A program made the translations under genes and the position numbers. 40,028 nucleotides of DNA, from the IMG/VR virus record IMGVR_UViG_3300011435_000026, positions 1 through 40,028 of that record; one strand, written 5' to 3'. Shown here one piece after another: positions 27,912 to 35,539 of this stretch. The number at the start of each line of letters is the position of its first letter. The first letter of the stretch is position 1. The notes below the pieces were generated by a model. That model did no database searches. It was not told the DNA's origin and worked only from the letters and a program-made list of their open reading frames with translations. The stretch is from a virus. Taxonomy: Duplodnaviria > Caudoviricetes.

Positions 27912-28388
27912 TTAAGCGGTCTGACTGGTCGTGTGATACGCGGCCTGCGTTTTTGCCTTGCGATACTCTTCCGGTGACTCCAGCCAGAAGTCGTCTTCCG
28001 CCGCCACCCGTAACACTTCCTCGATCAGAAAACAGAACTGCCCCGCGTCCAGGTGCGACGTGTGCGGCTCGGCCAACACCTTCACGACTTCCCCCGTCAC
28101 CGGCATGACGCGCTCCACATGCCCGAAGGCAATACCCAGCATCACGGCCTTGAGGTCGTCCAGGGTCCACCCGCGCGCCCGCGCCCACGGCGTCAGGAGC
28201 GCATGGAACGCGCGGTTCTGTCGGTCGCTACGCTTGGTCCGCAGCGGATAGAACTGGCCGGTGACGTGTCCGTCCGTTGTGGCGAACAGCCGCTTGCGAT
28301 AGGCGACGACTTGCGCGGGAAAGTCCCACACTAGACGCCCCTCGGCGGTCACGCGGCCATGAAATTCACGTTGATCGAAATGGCTCAT
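27912..28388 (-). CDS. NinB-like recombination accessory protein
   Basis: KRSDRQNRAFHALL...TSHLDAGQFCFLIEEV pattern. Confidence 0.75.
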   Translation of the reverse strand: MSHFDQREFHGRVTAEGRLVWDFPAQVVAYRKRLFATTDGHVTGQFYPLRTKRSDRQNRAFHALLTPWARARGWTLDDLKAVMLGIAFGHVERVMPVTGEVVKVLAEPHTSHLDAGQFCFLIEEVLRVAAEDDFWLESPEEYRKAKTQAAYHTTSQTA

Positions 28389-28403
28389 AACGATGACGAG
28401 ACA

Positions 28404-28432
28404 ATGACTACGGACTGTATCTGTCGTATACT
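28404..28432 (+). promoter_or_regulatory. Sigma70-type promoter of the mini-tnpB element (leaderless)
   Basis: ATGACT-17 nt-TATACT, 6 nt before GTG 28439. Confidence 0.6.
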
Positions 28433-28438
28433 CCGGCC

Positions 28439-28576
28439 GTGACCCTGACCTTGCAGTTGCGTTTGCTTCCCTCCGCCATCCAAGCGGGGCAACTGCGGGC
28501 CACGATGCGGGCGTTCAACGCTGGCGTAAAGGGTGCGCCACGATGCCGGCAAAAGCGAACCATGGTTCGTATTTGA
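28439..28576 (+). pseudogene. tnpB: tnpB N-terminal fragment (45 aa)
   Basis: VTLTLQLRLLPSAIQAGQLRATMRAFNAG matches the recognisable TnpB start (xLTLQxKLLPxxxQxxxLxxTMxxFNxA), then loses similarity. Confidence 0.75.
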
Positions 28577-28734
28577 AGTCTGTTCCGCCACGGCCGCGCG
28601 ATCTACGACCGCGACGAACTTGCGATTGCTTTCGTCCGCGTGGTGCCACGCGCGGCCCAAGCATTGAACGAACGAGCCGCCGTAGGTCCGCATCGCCTCG
28701 GCCATCTCGTAGTCCGTCACGGGATCGTCGGCGC

Positions 28735-28959
28735 TCATGGTGTCTCCTTCGCCTCATGCGGGCAGCGCAGAAACTTGGGGCGGTAGATCGTCTCCCACTC
28801 CGCCCAGGTGATGCGCATGACCGACAAGCCCTCCTTGAGGAAGCCGCGTTTGGTCTGCTCGACATCCCTCGCCGGCACATCGGGCGCCCCGACGGCCACG
28901 GCCACGACGCAGCCGCACGCCTTGATCCCCAGCCACATCTCACGGGGTGAGAGGCTCAT
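28735..28959 (-). CDS. Hypothetical protein
   Basis: MSLSPREMWLGIKACGCVVA...RCPH; ATGA overlaps. Confidence 0.6.
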   Translation of the reverse strand: MSLSPREMWLGIKACGCVVAVAVGAPDVPARDVEQTKRGFLKEGLSVMRITWAEWETIYRPKFLRCPHEAKETP

Positions 28960-29228
28960 GCCGGCCCCTTCGCCAGGCAGGCCGCCCGGGCGGCCACCCA
29001 GCGCGCGATGGCGTCGTCCAACCGCTCTGCTTCGACGCTGACTGGGTGCCCTTGTGCGTTCAGCACCTTGGGATCGGTCACCCGCCAGCCGCCCCGCCAT
29101 GTCTCATACGCGCCGAACCGCTCGAAGCCGTAGACGTACTCGATCGTCAGGAACGTCCCCGAGTCCATGCCGAGCTGCAGCGTCTGCGCCACGATCTGAT
29201 CCACGCCAGACAAGGGCTGATACGTCAT
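28956..29228 (-). CDS. Hypothetical protein
   Basis: 90 aa with ATGA overlaps at both ends. Confidence 0.6.
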   Translation of the reverse strand: MTYQPLSGVDQIVAQTLQLGMDSGTFLTIEYVYGFERFGAYETWRGGWRVTDPKVLNAQGHPVSVEAERLDDAIARWVAARAACLAKGPA

Positions 29229-29431
29229 GCGGGCCCCCGGCGCTTCACCGGCGCCTCGGCTTCGTCGGCCTCCCGCGCCTGCTCGTACGCCACCGCCGTC
29301 CGCCCCAGCGCGTGTTCATACGCCGTATCCGAGGCCCTGGACGCCGCTTCGGGATACAGCTGCGCAAAGCACCGCGCACACAGCCGGCCCCACGACGGCC
29401 CCTGGCACACGCGACAAACCCGCGCCACCAT
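29225..29431 (-). CDS. Small zinc-finger protein
   Basis: CRVC...CARC; GGAGG RBS. Confidence 0.6.
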   Translation of the reverse strand: MVARVCRVCQGPSWGRLCARCFAQLYPEAASRASDTAYEHALGRTAVAYEQAREADEAEAPVKRRGPA

Positions 29432-29868
29432 CAGAACGCCCTCCGTTCCTGATCGGCCTTCGCGTGGCAGGGTTTACACAACCACTCAACATCGAGCGGT
29501 TTGGTGTAGTCGGCGTGGTGCGCTTCGATCCTGTGAGGCGCGAGCCCGCACCGTTGACATTCAGGCGGCCGCACTAAGCGCCCAGCCCGTACCGTCCGTT
29601 GCAGTTTGGCGCGCGCGCGGTGGCGGTCTGGATGGGCTTCTAGATCAGCCAGTTGCACGCGGCGCCTTAAGGCGATCCGGTGTGCCAGCGTTGACCGTTG
29701 GTGGTCATACGCACGCACGCGGTCGATATTCCGCAGACGATGCTCGGCGGAGTCGTGGCGCGTGCAGTCCTTGCACTTGCCTAACAGCCCATCATTCATT
29801 CGCGGATGGGAGTAGAACTCGGTGCGCGGCAGTTCACGCTTGCACTTGAAGCAGGTTTTCATGGTCAT
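29431..29868 (-). CDS. HNH-like zinc-binding nuclease
   Basis: KTCFKC...EFY...CKDC N-terminus; CQRC...IEAHHADYTKPLDVEWLCKPCH. Confidence 0.8.
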   Translation of the reverse strand: MTMKTCFKCKRELPRTEFYSHPRMNDGLLGKCKDCTRHDSAEHRLRNIDRVRAYDHQRSTLAHRIALRRRVQLADLEAHPDRHRARAKLQRTVRAGRLVRPPECQRCGLAPHRIEAHHADYTKPLDVEWLCKPCHAKADQERRAF

Positions 29869-30575
29869 CACCCCGCCGTGCTGAGACTCCACAAAACAGG
29901 CACCACCAGCGGCAACAACCAGGCAAACGGCACGACCTTCTCGTCCACGGCCACCGGCGGATCCGTGCGCTGCGCTTTGTCGACGGCCGCCGCCCGGCCC
30001 TTGATCCGCTCCCAGCGATCCGGGTTGAACTCGATCAGGTGCTTCTTAAACGCCGGCTTGGACGCTTTCCACGTGGCTTGCAATGCGGCGCTCCCGTCGT
30101 CGGCCACCGCTTCGAGGTCCGTCACCCAGTCGTCGTACCCGTCCGGCTTCGCCACCACTGGCTTCGCCTTCTGGGCCGCCGCCCCGTCATCGTCTTCGTC
30201 TGCGGCTATCCCGAGCGCCGCCCCGGCCGCATACTTTTTGGCGTAGGTGAGGGCCGAGCCTTGATCCTGTGGGCGTTCGTAGGTGTTGAGCGGATACACG
30301 CCGCGCATCCATTGCCCAGACTTGTGCAGCAACAACGTCACCAGCACGAAGCGCCCGTCGTTTGTAAGATCCGGCCACTGCGAGACCGACAGGCCGTTGG
30401 CGCTCAGGGCCTCCGTCGTCGCGTCGAACATGTCGGGCAGGTTGCCGTACTTGTATTCGTAGTTGCCCTTGGCCGAACTCACCTTCGCGGTGTGGCCCTT
30501 GCCGAAGGTACCAAAGCCTTTGCGGGCTTCCGCAAGCGCCGCGGCGAGTTCGTTGATCTGATCGCTATGCACCAT
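29868..30575 (-). CDS. erf: ERF-family single-strand annealing protein
   Basis: INELAAALAEA...YKY...LLLHKSGQWM...QDQGSALTYAKKYA...GIAADEDDDG. Confidence 0.92.
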   Translation of the reverse strand: MVHSDQINELAAALAEARKGFGTFGKGHTAKVSSAKGNYEYKYGNLPDMFDATTEALSANGLSVSQWPDLTNDGRFVLVTLLLHKSGQWMRGVYPLNTYERPQDQGSALTYAKKYAAGAALGIAADEDDDGAAAQKAKPVVAKPDGYDDWVTDLEAVADDGSAALQATWKASKPAFKKHLIEFNPDRWERIKGRAAAVDKAQRTDPPVAVDEKVVPFAWLLPLVVPVLWSLSTAG

Positions 30576-30756
30576 CGTGTGCCTCCAAGGCTTCCGCTAC
30601 CAGCTCCCGCACGCGCTCGGCCGTGATCCGGCCCTGCTGGACATGCCACGCCAACCGCCCGATCGCCCGCGTGCGTTCACAGGCGAAGCAGGCGTCGGTA
30701 CACTCCTGCACTTCGTCCGCCGACAACGGGAGATCGCATTCGGCACAGCGCGTCAT
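30565..30756 (-). CDS. Small zinc-finger protein
   Basis: CAEC...CFAC. Confidence 0.6.
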   Translation of the reverse strand: MTRCAECDLPLSADEVQECTDACFACERTRAIGRLAWHVQQGRITAERVRELVAEALEAHDGA

Positions 30757-30899
30757 GGCGTCACCGCCTTCACTTTCGCCGGCCGCTTCGGCGCCACGGC
30801 CTGCGCCGCCTCCAACTTCGCCAGCGCGTACGTCAGCACTTGAATTTCCTGTTTGACTTCGGCGATTGCCTTCTCTAACTGCGTCTGTCGCTTCCCCAT
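30753..30899 (-). CDS. 48-aa coiled-coil protein
   Basis: Manual translation MGKRQTQLEKAIAEVKQEIQVLTYALAKLEAAQ...; ATGA overlap downstream. Confidence 0.55.
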   Translation of the reverse strand: MGKRQTQLEKAIAEVKQEIQVLTYALAKLEAAQAVAPKRPAKVKAVTP

Positions 30900-30912
30900 T
30901 TACGCCAACCCT

Positions 30913-31452
30913 TCAGTTCCTGCCGTCCCCGGTCACGGCGCCATCGAGGGCGCGGCTATCAACCACCTGTCCGACACTGCGCCGCCACGCCTTCACTGTC
31001 TCGACATCCCGGTCTTGTTGCGCCTGCGCCGCGGCGAGGATCGCTGCGCGGTGTTCCACTGGTTGCCCCACCGCATGCACGTCGAGATACGAGTCGTGCG
31101 TCGTGATCACCAGCCGCGCCTTGTGCCGGTAGGCTTGCCGTCGCTGCGCCACCGTCGCCGCGTATTCCAGTTCGGACATGATCTGCCGCGTGCGCGCCTC
31201 ACAACTCGGCCAGATAAACCCGTCCGCCAGAGCGAGCGTTTGCGCAATGCGTTCCACGAGTACCGCCTTCACAGACGGATCGCTGCGCTGGTGCGCGCCT
31301 TGCGCGCGGTAGCGGGCATCGGCGCGCTGCGTGCGATCCGCCTCGGCATACGGGGGTCGCTCCGGGTGCGCCACGCGGCCGGCTTCGTAGAGGCCCTCGG
31401 CCACGTCTTCGAGCCAGCAGGCGGTCTCGTACGCCCGTGTCTCGTCGATCAT
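30913..31452 (-). CDS. Hypothetical protein
   Basis: 179 aa; GGAGG RBS and ATGA overlap. Confidence 0.6.
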   Translation of the reverse strand: MIDETRAYETACWLEDVAEGLYEAGRVAHPERPPYAEADRTQRADARYRAQGAHQRSDPSVKAVLVERIAQTLALADGFIWPSCEARTRQIMSELEYAATVAQRRQAYRHKARLVITTHDSYLDVHAVGQPVEHRAAILAAAQAQQDRDVETVKAWRRSVGQVVDSRALDGAVTGDGRN

Positions 31453-31706
31453 GACTGCGCCTCCGCTGAACGCACCGCGAACTCTCGCGCCAGCCGCCTA
31501 GCCTGCTTCGCGCGCTTCGCGTTCGCCTTGCCCTTCACCTTCGGAAACTTGCGACGGACTTCGCCGCGCGCGTTCGTGACATAGCGAGCGCTGCTCACCA
31601 TCCCGCCGAACCGCGAGCCGATCGAAGGCGGGCGGACACGGTCTGCCTTACTCAGCTCGCCGCGCTTCGCCGCTTGTGCTACCGGGTTCGTCTTGTGCTG
31701 GCCCAT
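31449..31706 (-). CDS. Basic hypothetical protein
   Basis: MGQHKTNPVAQAAKRGE...; AAGGAG RBS and TAATG overlap. Confidence 0.6.
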   Translation of the reverse strand: MGQHKTNPVAQAAKRGELSKADRVRPPSIGSRFGGMVSSARYVTNARGEVRRKFPKVKGKANAKRAKQARRLAREFAVRSAEAQS

Positions 31707-31837
31707 TACGGCTGCTCCTTCGACGGGGCGGCCGGCGGTTCGGCATCCACCGCCCGCGCCAGGCAAGCGGGACACAGCGGCGCGTCGGCCGGCTGGCCAC
31801 AGCGCCCACAGACGGGAGAACCTGCTACACTTGTCAT
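31706..31837 (-). CDS. 43-aa zinc-finger protein
   Basis: MTSVAGSPVCGRCGQPADAPLCPACLAR...; GGAGG RBS. Confidence 0.6.
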   Translation of the reverse strand: MTSVAGSPVCGRCGQPADAPLCPACLARAVDAEPPAAPSKEQP

Positions 31838-31862
31838 CACTACCAGCCTCCATCGCTTAGTC

Positions 31863-31891
31863 CCGGCCCGGTGTTCGCAGCGCCGGGCCGG
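31863..31891. promoter_or_regulatory. Intergenic GC-rich hairpin
   Basis: CCGGCCCGG / CCGGGCCGG 9-bp stem ahead of a GGAGG RBS; no U-tract. Confidence 0.55.
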
Positions 31892-31898
31892 TTCTCGT

Positions 31899-32120
31899 TT
31901 ACGACGCCTTGCCGGCGGCGGCTTCCATCATGTCCAGCAGCGGCAACTCGCCTTCGTCGCGCGCCGCCGTGCGGATCTCGGAGAGGATCGCGTCGTAGCC
32001 TTTTTCCAGTTCCTTGACGTGAGCCTTCACATCCCGCACCTGCGCCGCCTGCAGCGTCAATTGCCGTTCGAGGTGCGCGATCTGGAGAAACCGTCGCGCC
32101 TGATGATCGAGGTCACTCAT
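31899..32120 (-). CDS. Coiled-coil hypothetical protein
   Basis: 73 aa; GGAG RBS. Confidence 0.65.
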   Translation of the reverse strand: MSDLDHQARRFLQIAHLERQLTLQAAQVRDVKAHVKELEKGYDAILSEIRTAARDEGELPLLDMMEAAAGKAS

Positions 32121-32347
32121 CGTCTGTCTCCCTGTCCTACACCGAACCCTTGCCGCCTGATCCCCGCCTTCGCCGCACTCGCTTGCCCCGATCGCACCCG
32201 CGCTAACCGCTGCGCCGCCTCCGCGTTCTGGTGCGGCACCAGGGCCTTGCCTAATTTCCGGCTGAGACGCACATCAAAGCGCGCCTCACAGGCCCGCGTG
32301 AAGCCCTCAGGCCCAGGTGTCAGCCACCACGACGAGGACGGAGGCGT
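32117..32347 (-). pseudogene. Gene remnant lacking a canonical start (TPPSSSWWLTPG...), probably decapitated by the HNH insertion
   Basis: Frame ends in an ATGA overlap with the next gene but begins only with an ACG overlapping the HNH stop (TAACG). Confidence 0.4.
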
Positions 32348-33024
32348 TACCCCATGACGCCAGCCACCACTGCTTCTCTGCGCCGTTCGGCCCGAACAGC
32401 CCGCGCTCGCGCCAGTTGTTCCAGCCGCGCGATCGAATACGGCGCTTGGTTTAATCGTTGCTCCGACTTCGTAGCCCACCGGCAGTTGTCAGGCGAGTAC
32501 GGACCGTTGTTGTCTGGGAAGCGATCGATTGAATGTTGCAGAGAAGGCCGCACGCCCATATCCGCGAGGAAGTTCTCAAAGCTATCCAGCCACCGAACAC
32601 AGATCGCGATACCGCGTCCGCCGTACGACGGCCATGCGTGGTGACGAGGATTCAAACAACGCTGGCGCATTTGGTTCCAGCTCACGTACGTCGGCGTCCG
32701 GCCGGCTGTGGTGCTTTGCCGGTGCGTCCCACGACGGCAGCCGCATGAAACGGACTGCCCCTTTGTTAGTGCTTGGAGTGGAACAACATGCTGGGTGCCG
32801 CACTCGCAGCGCACGGCAAACATGCGTTGCCCAAACCTATTCCGAACGGCTTCAGCTTCGATCGTCCAGTATCCAAACAGCGAACCAGCCAGGACAATGA
32901 GTCGGTTGCTCGTGTGGCCCCGAAGGAACCGCATCGGCTGCCCCTTTACTTGTCCCCTCTCGGGGCGCGTCACCTTCGCGAGTTCAGCGGCCATCCCGCA
33001 ACCGCATTCGCATAACGTGGTCAT
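32347..33024 (-). CDS. HNH-related homing endonuclease
   Basis: CECG...SCGC...SWNQMRQRC...YGGRGIAICVRW..SFENFLADMG.RP...SIDR..NNGPYSPDNCRWAT. Confidence 0.88.
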   Translation of the reverse strand: MTTLCECGCGMAAELAKVTRPERGQVKGQPMRFLRGHTSNRLIVLAGSLFGYWTIEAEAVRNRFGQRMFAVRCECGTQHVVPLQALTKGQSVSCGCRRGTHRQSTTAGRTPTYVSWNQMRQRCLNPRHHAWPSYGGRGIAICVRWLDSFENFLADMGVRPSLQHSIDRFPDNNGPYSPDNCRWATKSEQRLNQAPYSIARLEQLARARAVRAERRREAVVAGVMG

Positions 33025-33194
33025 GCGGTCGCCTGCTCGAACAAAATGGCGCAGCTCGCACAAATCGTATGCGTCACCCTTCCCGGGTACAGCACGTTCA
33101 ACGCGTCCAGTTCCGCCTTCGGCGTATGCCAGGCACAGACGCTAATCAGGTTCGGGCGCGGCACGTCGAGCACCACGGTGAGCGCGGGCGTCAT
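33021..33194 (-). CDS. Small Cys/His protein
   Basis: VCAWH...VTHTICASC; GGAGG RBS. Confidence 0.6.
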   Translation of the reverse strand: MTPALTVVLDVPRPNLISVCAWHTPKAELDALNVLYPGRVTHTICASCAILFEQATA

Positions 33195-33307
33195 CGTCGG
33201 CCCTCCCGCGCATGGCGTTCCTCGACGGCAATGGCCCGCTCGATCAGCCAGCGGAAGCCCCACACGCCCCCCAGCGCGATCCCCAGCGCGATTAACCAGC
33301 CGGTCAC
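33191..33307 (-). CDS. 38-aa single-TM peptide
   Basis: VTGWLIALGIALGGVWGFRWLIERA...; GTGA and ATGA overlaps. Confidence 0.5.
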   Translation of the reverse strand: MTGWLIALGIALGGVWGFRWLIERAIAVEERHAREGRR

Positions 33308-33699
33308 TTCACCCTCGCCATAAACATCGTGAGCCCGCGCGTGATCAATTCCGCGGCTTGCTTCGCTTCCGCCTGCGGATCGTTCAGGTCGAAATAGACG
33401 GCGAGTTCATCGCGGAGCGCGCCCCAGAATTGCGGCGCCAGTCCACCCAGCCGGAGCACGGACAAATGGCCGTCGCCCCGTAGTTGCCGGGACAGTTGCC
33501 CTTCGTCCATCGCCATCGCGCTCGCCGCTTCCTTCCGGCTCATCACGCGATCGATGGCTTGCGCGATCACCGGGAGAATCCACAACCACCCGTCAGGAAT
33601 CTTGACGGTCGGTTGACTGCCGCGCGCTTCCCCGATCAATGGCAGATCAAGAGAATTACCTTTGCGTTGCACCACGGCGGATCGCACAGTTCTTGCCAT
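33304..33699 (-). CDS. CII-like HTH regulator
   Basis: SRKEAASAMAMDEGQLSRQLRG HTH-like segment; positioned after cro. Confidence 0.6.
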   Translation of the reverse strand: MARTVRSAVVQRKGNSLDLPLIGEARGSQPTVKIPDGWLWILPVIAQAIDRVMSRKEAASAMAMDEGQLSRQLRGDGHLSVLRLGGLAPQFWGALRDELAVYFDLNDPQAEAKQAAELITRGLTMFMARVK

Positions 33700-33703
33700 G
33701 ACG

Positions 33704-34249
33704 CTACGCCGCCCTCGTGCGCTTATACCGAATCGTGCGCCCGTCTGGAATCAGTCCAAGACGGCGTTGCTCTCGACGCCACCGAACGGAGCCGACCTTG
33801 AAGCCAGTTTTGATGTGGCCTCTCGTCACGGCGTCTCTGAGGTTCTCGTGTTGAGTACCGAGCGATAAATGGGCGGGATTGACGCAGGCCTTGATGTCGC
33901 ACGAGTGCATCACGACCTTGCCGGCAGGGATGTCACCGTGCGCGAGGACGTAGGCGATGCGATGGGCTTGGGTGTTGTGCTGCGTGCCGTCGCGGTGACG
34001 GCCGATACAGACTTGGCCGTAGCCGTTTTTATAGAGCGCCGCTTGCCACAGCCAGCACCCGTTCGATTTCTGGTATTTCGTGTGGAACCGTGCTACAAAG
34101 GCGTGCGGGAATTCCCGTCTAGCCAGTGCGCCCTGCACTTCCCTGCCAGACCGAGCGTGCGGTTCTCTCCTGTTACGATAAGATGTAATATCAGACTTAA
34201 GGCCTATTCCCTTGAATTCTGATAACACCGTTCGCTGTGGCTTCGCCAT
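33704..34249 (-). CDS. HNH homing endonuclease
   Basis: GCWLWQ...GYG...AHRIAY...VVMHSCDIKACVNPAHLSLGTQHENLRD. Confidence 0.9.
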   Translation of the reverse strand: MAKPQRTVLSEFKGIGLKSDITSYRNRREPHARSGREVQGALARREFPHAFVARFHTKYQKSNGCWLWQAALYKNGYGQVCIGRHRDGTQHNTQAHRIAYVLAHGDIPAGKVVMHSCDIKACVNPAHLSLGTQHENLRDAVTRGHIKTGFKVGSVRWRREQRRLGLIPDGRTIRYKRTRAA

Positions 34250-34258
34250 TGTCGTGCT

Positions 34259-34483
34259 TTACGCAACAGTTGACGGCGCAAGTCGCTCAATCGGCACGCG
34301 GCACACGCGGGACACCTTCAACGGCATCACCAGGGAACGGTACTTCCGGCCCTGCCGTAATCGTGTGACTTCAGAGCGGTGGACCCCAAGGATCACTGCC
34401 AGTTGGGTCGCGGTGAGGCCGGTCGATTCCATAAACTCGGCGACACTCTTAAAGAGTCGTGTCTGTTGAGCATTTCGTGACAT
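34259..34483 (-). CDS. Cro-like HTH repressor
   Basis: GLTATQLAVILGVHRSEVTRLRQG; divergent from the repressor-like gene; ATG lies 7 nt after the -10 box. Confidence 0.8.
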   Translation of the reverse strand: MSRNAQQTRLFKSVAEFMESTGLTATQLAVILGVHRSEVTRLRQGRKYRSLVMPLKVSRVCRVPIERLAPSTVA

Positions 34484-34490
34484 GCCCAAG

Positions 34491-34520
34491 AGTATGCGTG
34501 CGTAAACCGCAACCTGTCAA
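34491..34520 (-). promoter_or_regulatory. Lytic (PR-like) promoter, leaderless
   Basis: TTGACA-18 nt-CATACT on the minus strand, 7 nt before the cro ATG. Confidence 0.75.
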
Positions 34521-34569
34521 GAGGTTTTGTTGCGACTTGAACACGCGGGTTTATTGGGCCGAAAACCAC

Positions 34570-34598
34570 GTGAAACCGTGCGGTTTTAGCACTACACT
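34570..34598 (+). promoter_or_regulatory. Repressor promoter with overlapping palindromic operator candidate
   Basis: GTGAAA-17 nt-TACACT; AAACCG-TG-CGGTTT palindrome at 34573-34586. Confidence 0.5.
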
Positions 34599-34610
34599 TC
34601 CCCTCGCGCT

Positions 34611-35099
34611 GTGAACAAGTTCCAAGAAATGGTCCGCGCTCGGCTCCGAGAACACACCCCGAACTTTTCAAAGTTGGCCGAGTGGACCAATGTGGATCGG
34701 ACGACCATCTCCAACCGCCTCAGGGAAGGCGGGACAGCGCTCTGCCTGGACTGGCTCGACGAGGTACGGGCCTTCTACCAGATGAGCGTGTCCGAGATGG
34801 TCCGCGAGCCCGGCGCCGTCTTCCAGTCGGTCAGCCCGTTGGAGACGTCGCTCCTGGATCGGTTTCGGAAGATGACCGAGGCCCAGCGTCTGTCCCTAAT
34901 GAACGTGCTGGACTGGCGCCCGGAAATCCTCTCACGGAGTAAACGCGGCCAGCGCTACACGGGCGATGACGCCTTGGTCGTGGCGCTCTATAACGCGGCG
35001 GCGGACGACGCACAGGCTGCGGTGTTGCAGATGCTGCGCGATCATCCATCGGTAAAGGCTCGCCACCTTCCGAAACGGGGAACGTCTTCAGGAACATGA
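34611..35099 (+). CDS. CI-like repressor (N-terminal HTH, no S24 peptidase domain)
   Basis: FSKLAEWTNVDRTTISNRLREG HTH; SPLETSLLDRFRKMTEAQR C-terminal helices. Confidence 0.75.
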   Translation: MNKFQEMVRARLREHTPNFSKLAEWTNVDRTTISNRLREGGTALCLDWLDEVRAFYQMSVSEMVREPGAVFQSVSPLETSLLDRFRKMTEAQRLSLMNVLDWRPEILSRSKRGQRYTGDDALVVALYNAAADDAQAAVLQMLRDHPSVKARHLPKRGTSSGT

Positions 35100-35302
35100 G
35101 CAAGCCACGCGCGGCCTCGGGATGCGCACGGAGCACACGAACCGCAAGCGAGACAACAGCGAACGCCGGCATGAGATACGGCCTTTTCCGGGGGGCGGAA
35201 ACGGGTTAACTACAGCCGAGGTAAGCCGTGGTTTTCTCACACTGCGCCGACCGTTGCAAGCGCCAAGTTAGCCAAACTCAGCCGTGGTAAACTCAGTATC
35301 GC

Positions 35303-35500
35303 ATGGAGTCTGCCACCCTGGACCGCGTCGTCTACGCCTGCCGGGAATGCGACTCCGTGTGGGCCGTGGAGGCGCCACGCTGCCCGCTGTGTAACTCCGT
35401 CGACGTGGCGGCCGTGGAGCCACCCCCACCGCCGCGCGCCACCCGCACCACCTGCCCGATCCTGACGCTGCGCGGCGCCCTCCAGCAGCGCGAAGCGTAG
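35303..35500 (+). CDS. Small zinc-ribbon protein
   Basis: CREC...CPLCNS; TGgTAAACT extended -10 upstream. Confidence 0.6.
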   Translation: MESATLDRVVYACRECDSVWAVEAPRCPLCNSVDVAAVEPPPPPRATRTTCPILTLRGALQQREA

Positions 35501-35539
35501 ATTCCGTGCAAGGGTGTGCAGACGCCGTGCGCTTTTCGC

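Larger units (their letters stand above)
28389..28617 (+). mobile_element. Miniature, internally deleted IS200/IS605-family tnpB element with omegaRNA-like end and a 40-nt guide-position copy of 23400-23439
   Basis: Promoter, a tnpB 5' fragment, hairpin CGAACCATGGTTCG, terminal TTTGAA complementary to upstream TTCAA, then a self-matching 40-mer; interrupts a minus-strand gene. Confidence 0.7.
28385..28738 (-). pseudogene. Small phage protein truncated after about 40 aa by the mini-tnpB insert; the frame reads through the insert
   Basis: AMRTYGGSFVQCLGRAWHHADESNRK looks like a common phage small-protein motif; the sequence below 28618 is the antisense of the insert. Confidence 0.6.

Noticed and set aside
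7350-28393. Shared ATAACGA at the left ends of the HNH1 and mini-tnpB inserts as a common target motif
   Set aside because: Only 7 nt, the elements are unrelated, and the motif is absent from the other inserts; likely chance.
23400-28617. Diversity-generating retroelement template/variable repeat pair
   Set aside because: No reverse transcriptase, no adenine-specific mismatches, and only 40 nt long.
28530-28620. CRISPR mini-array (the TATTTGAAG end resembles a repeat end followed by a spacer)
   Set aside because: Only one repeat-like unit, no second copy after the 40-mer and no cas genes; the adjacent tnpB fragment explains it better.
34831-35172. Minus-strand ORF overlapping the repressor 3' end
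   Set aside because: Mostly antisense to the repressor-like gene, with no motif or clear RBS.
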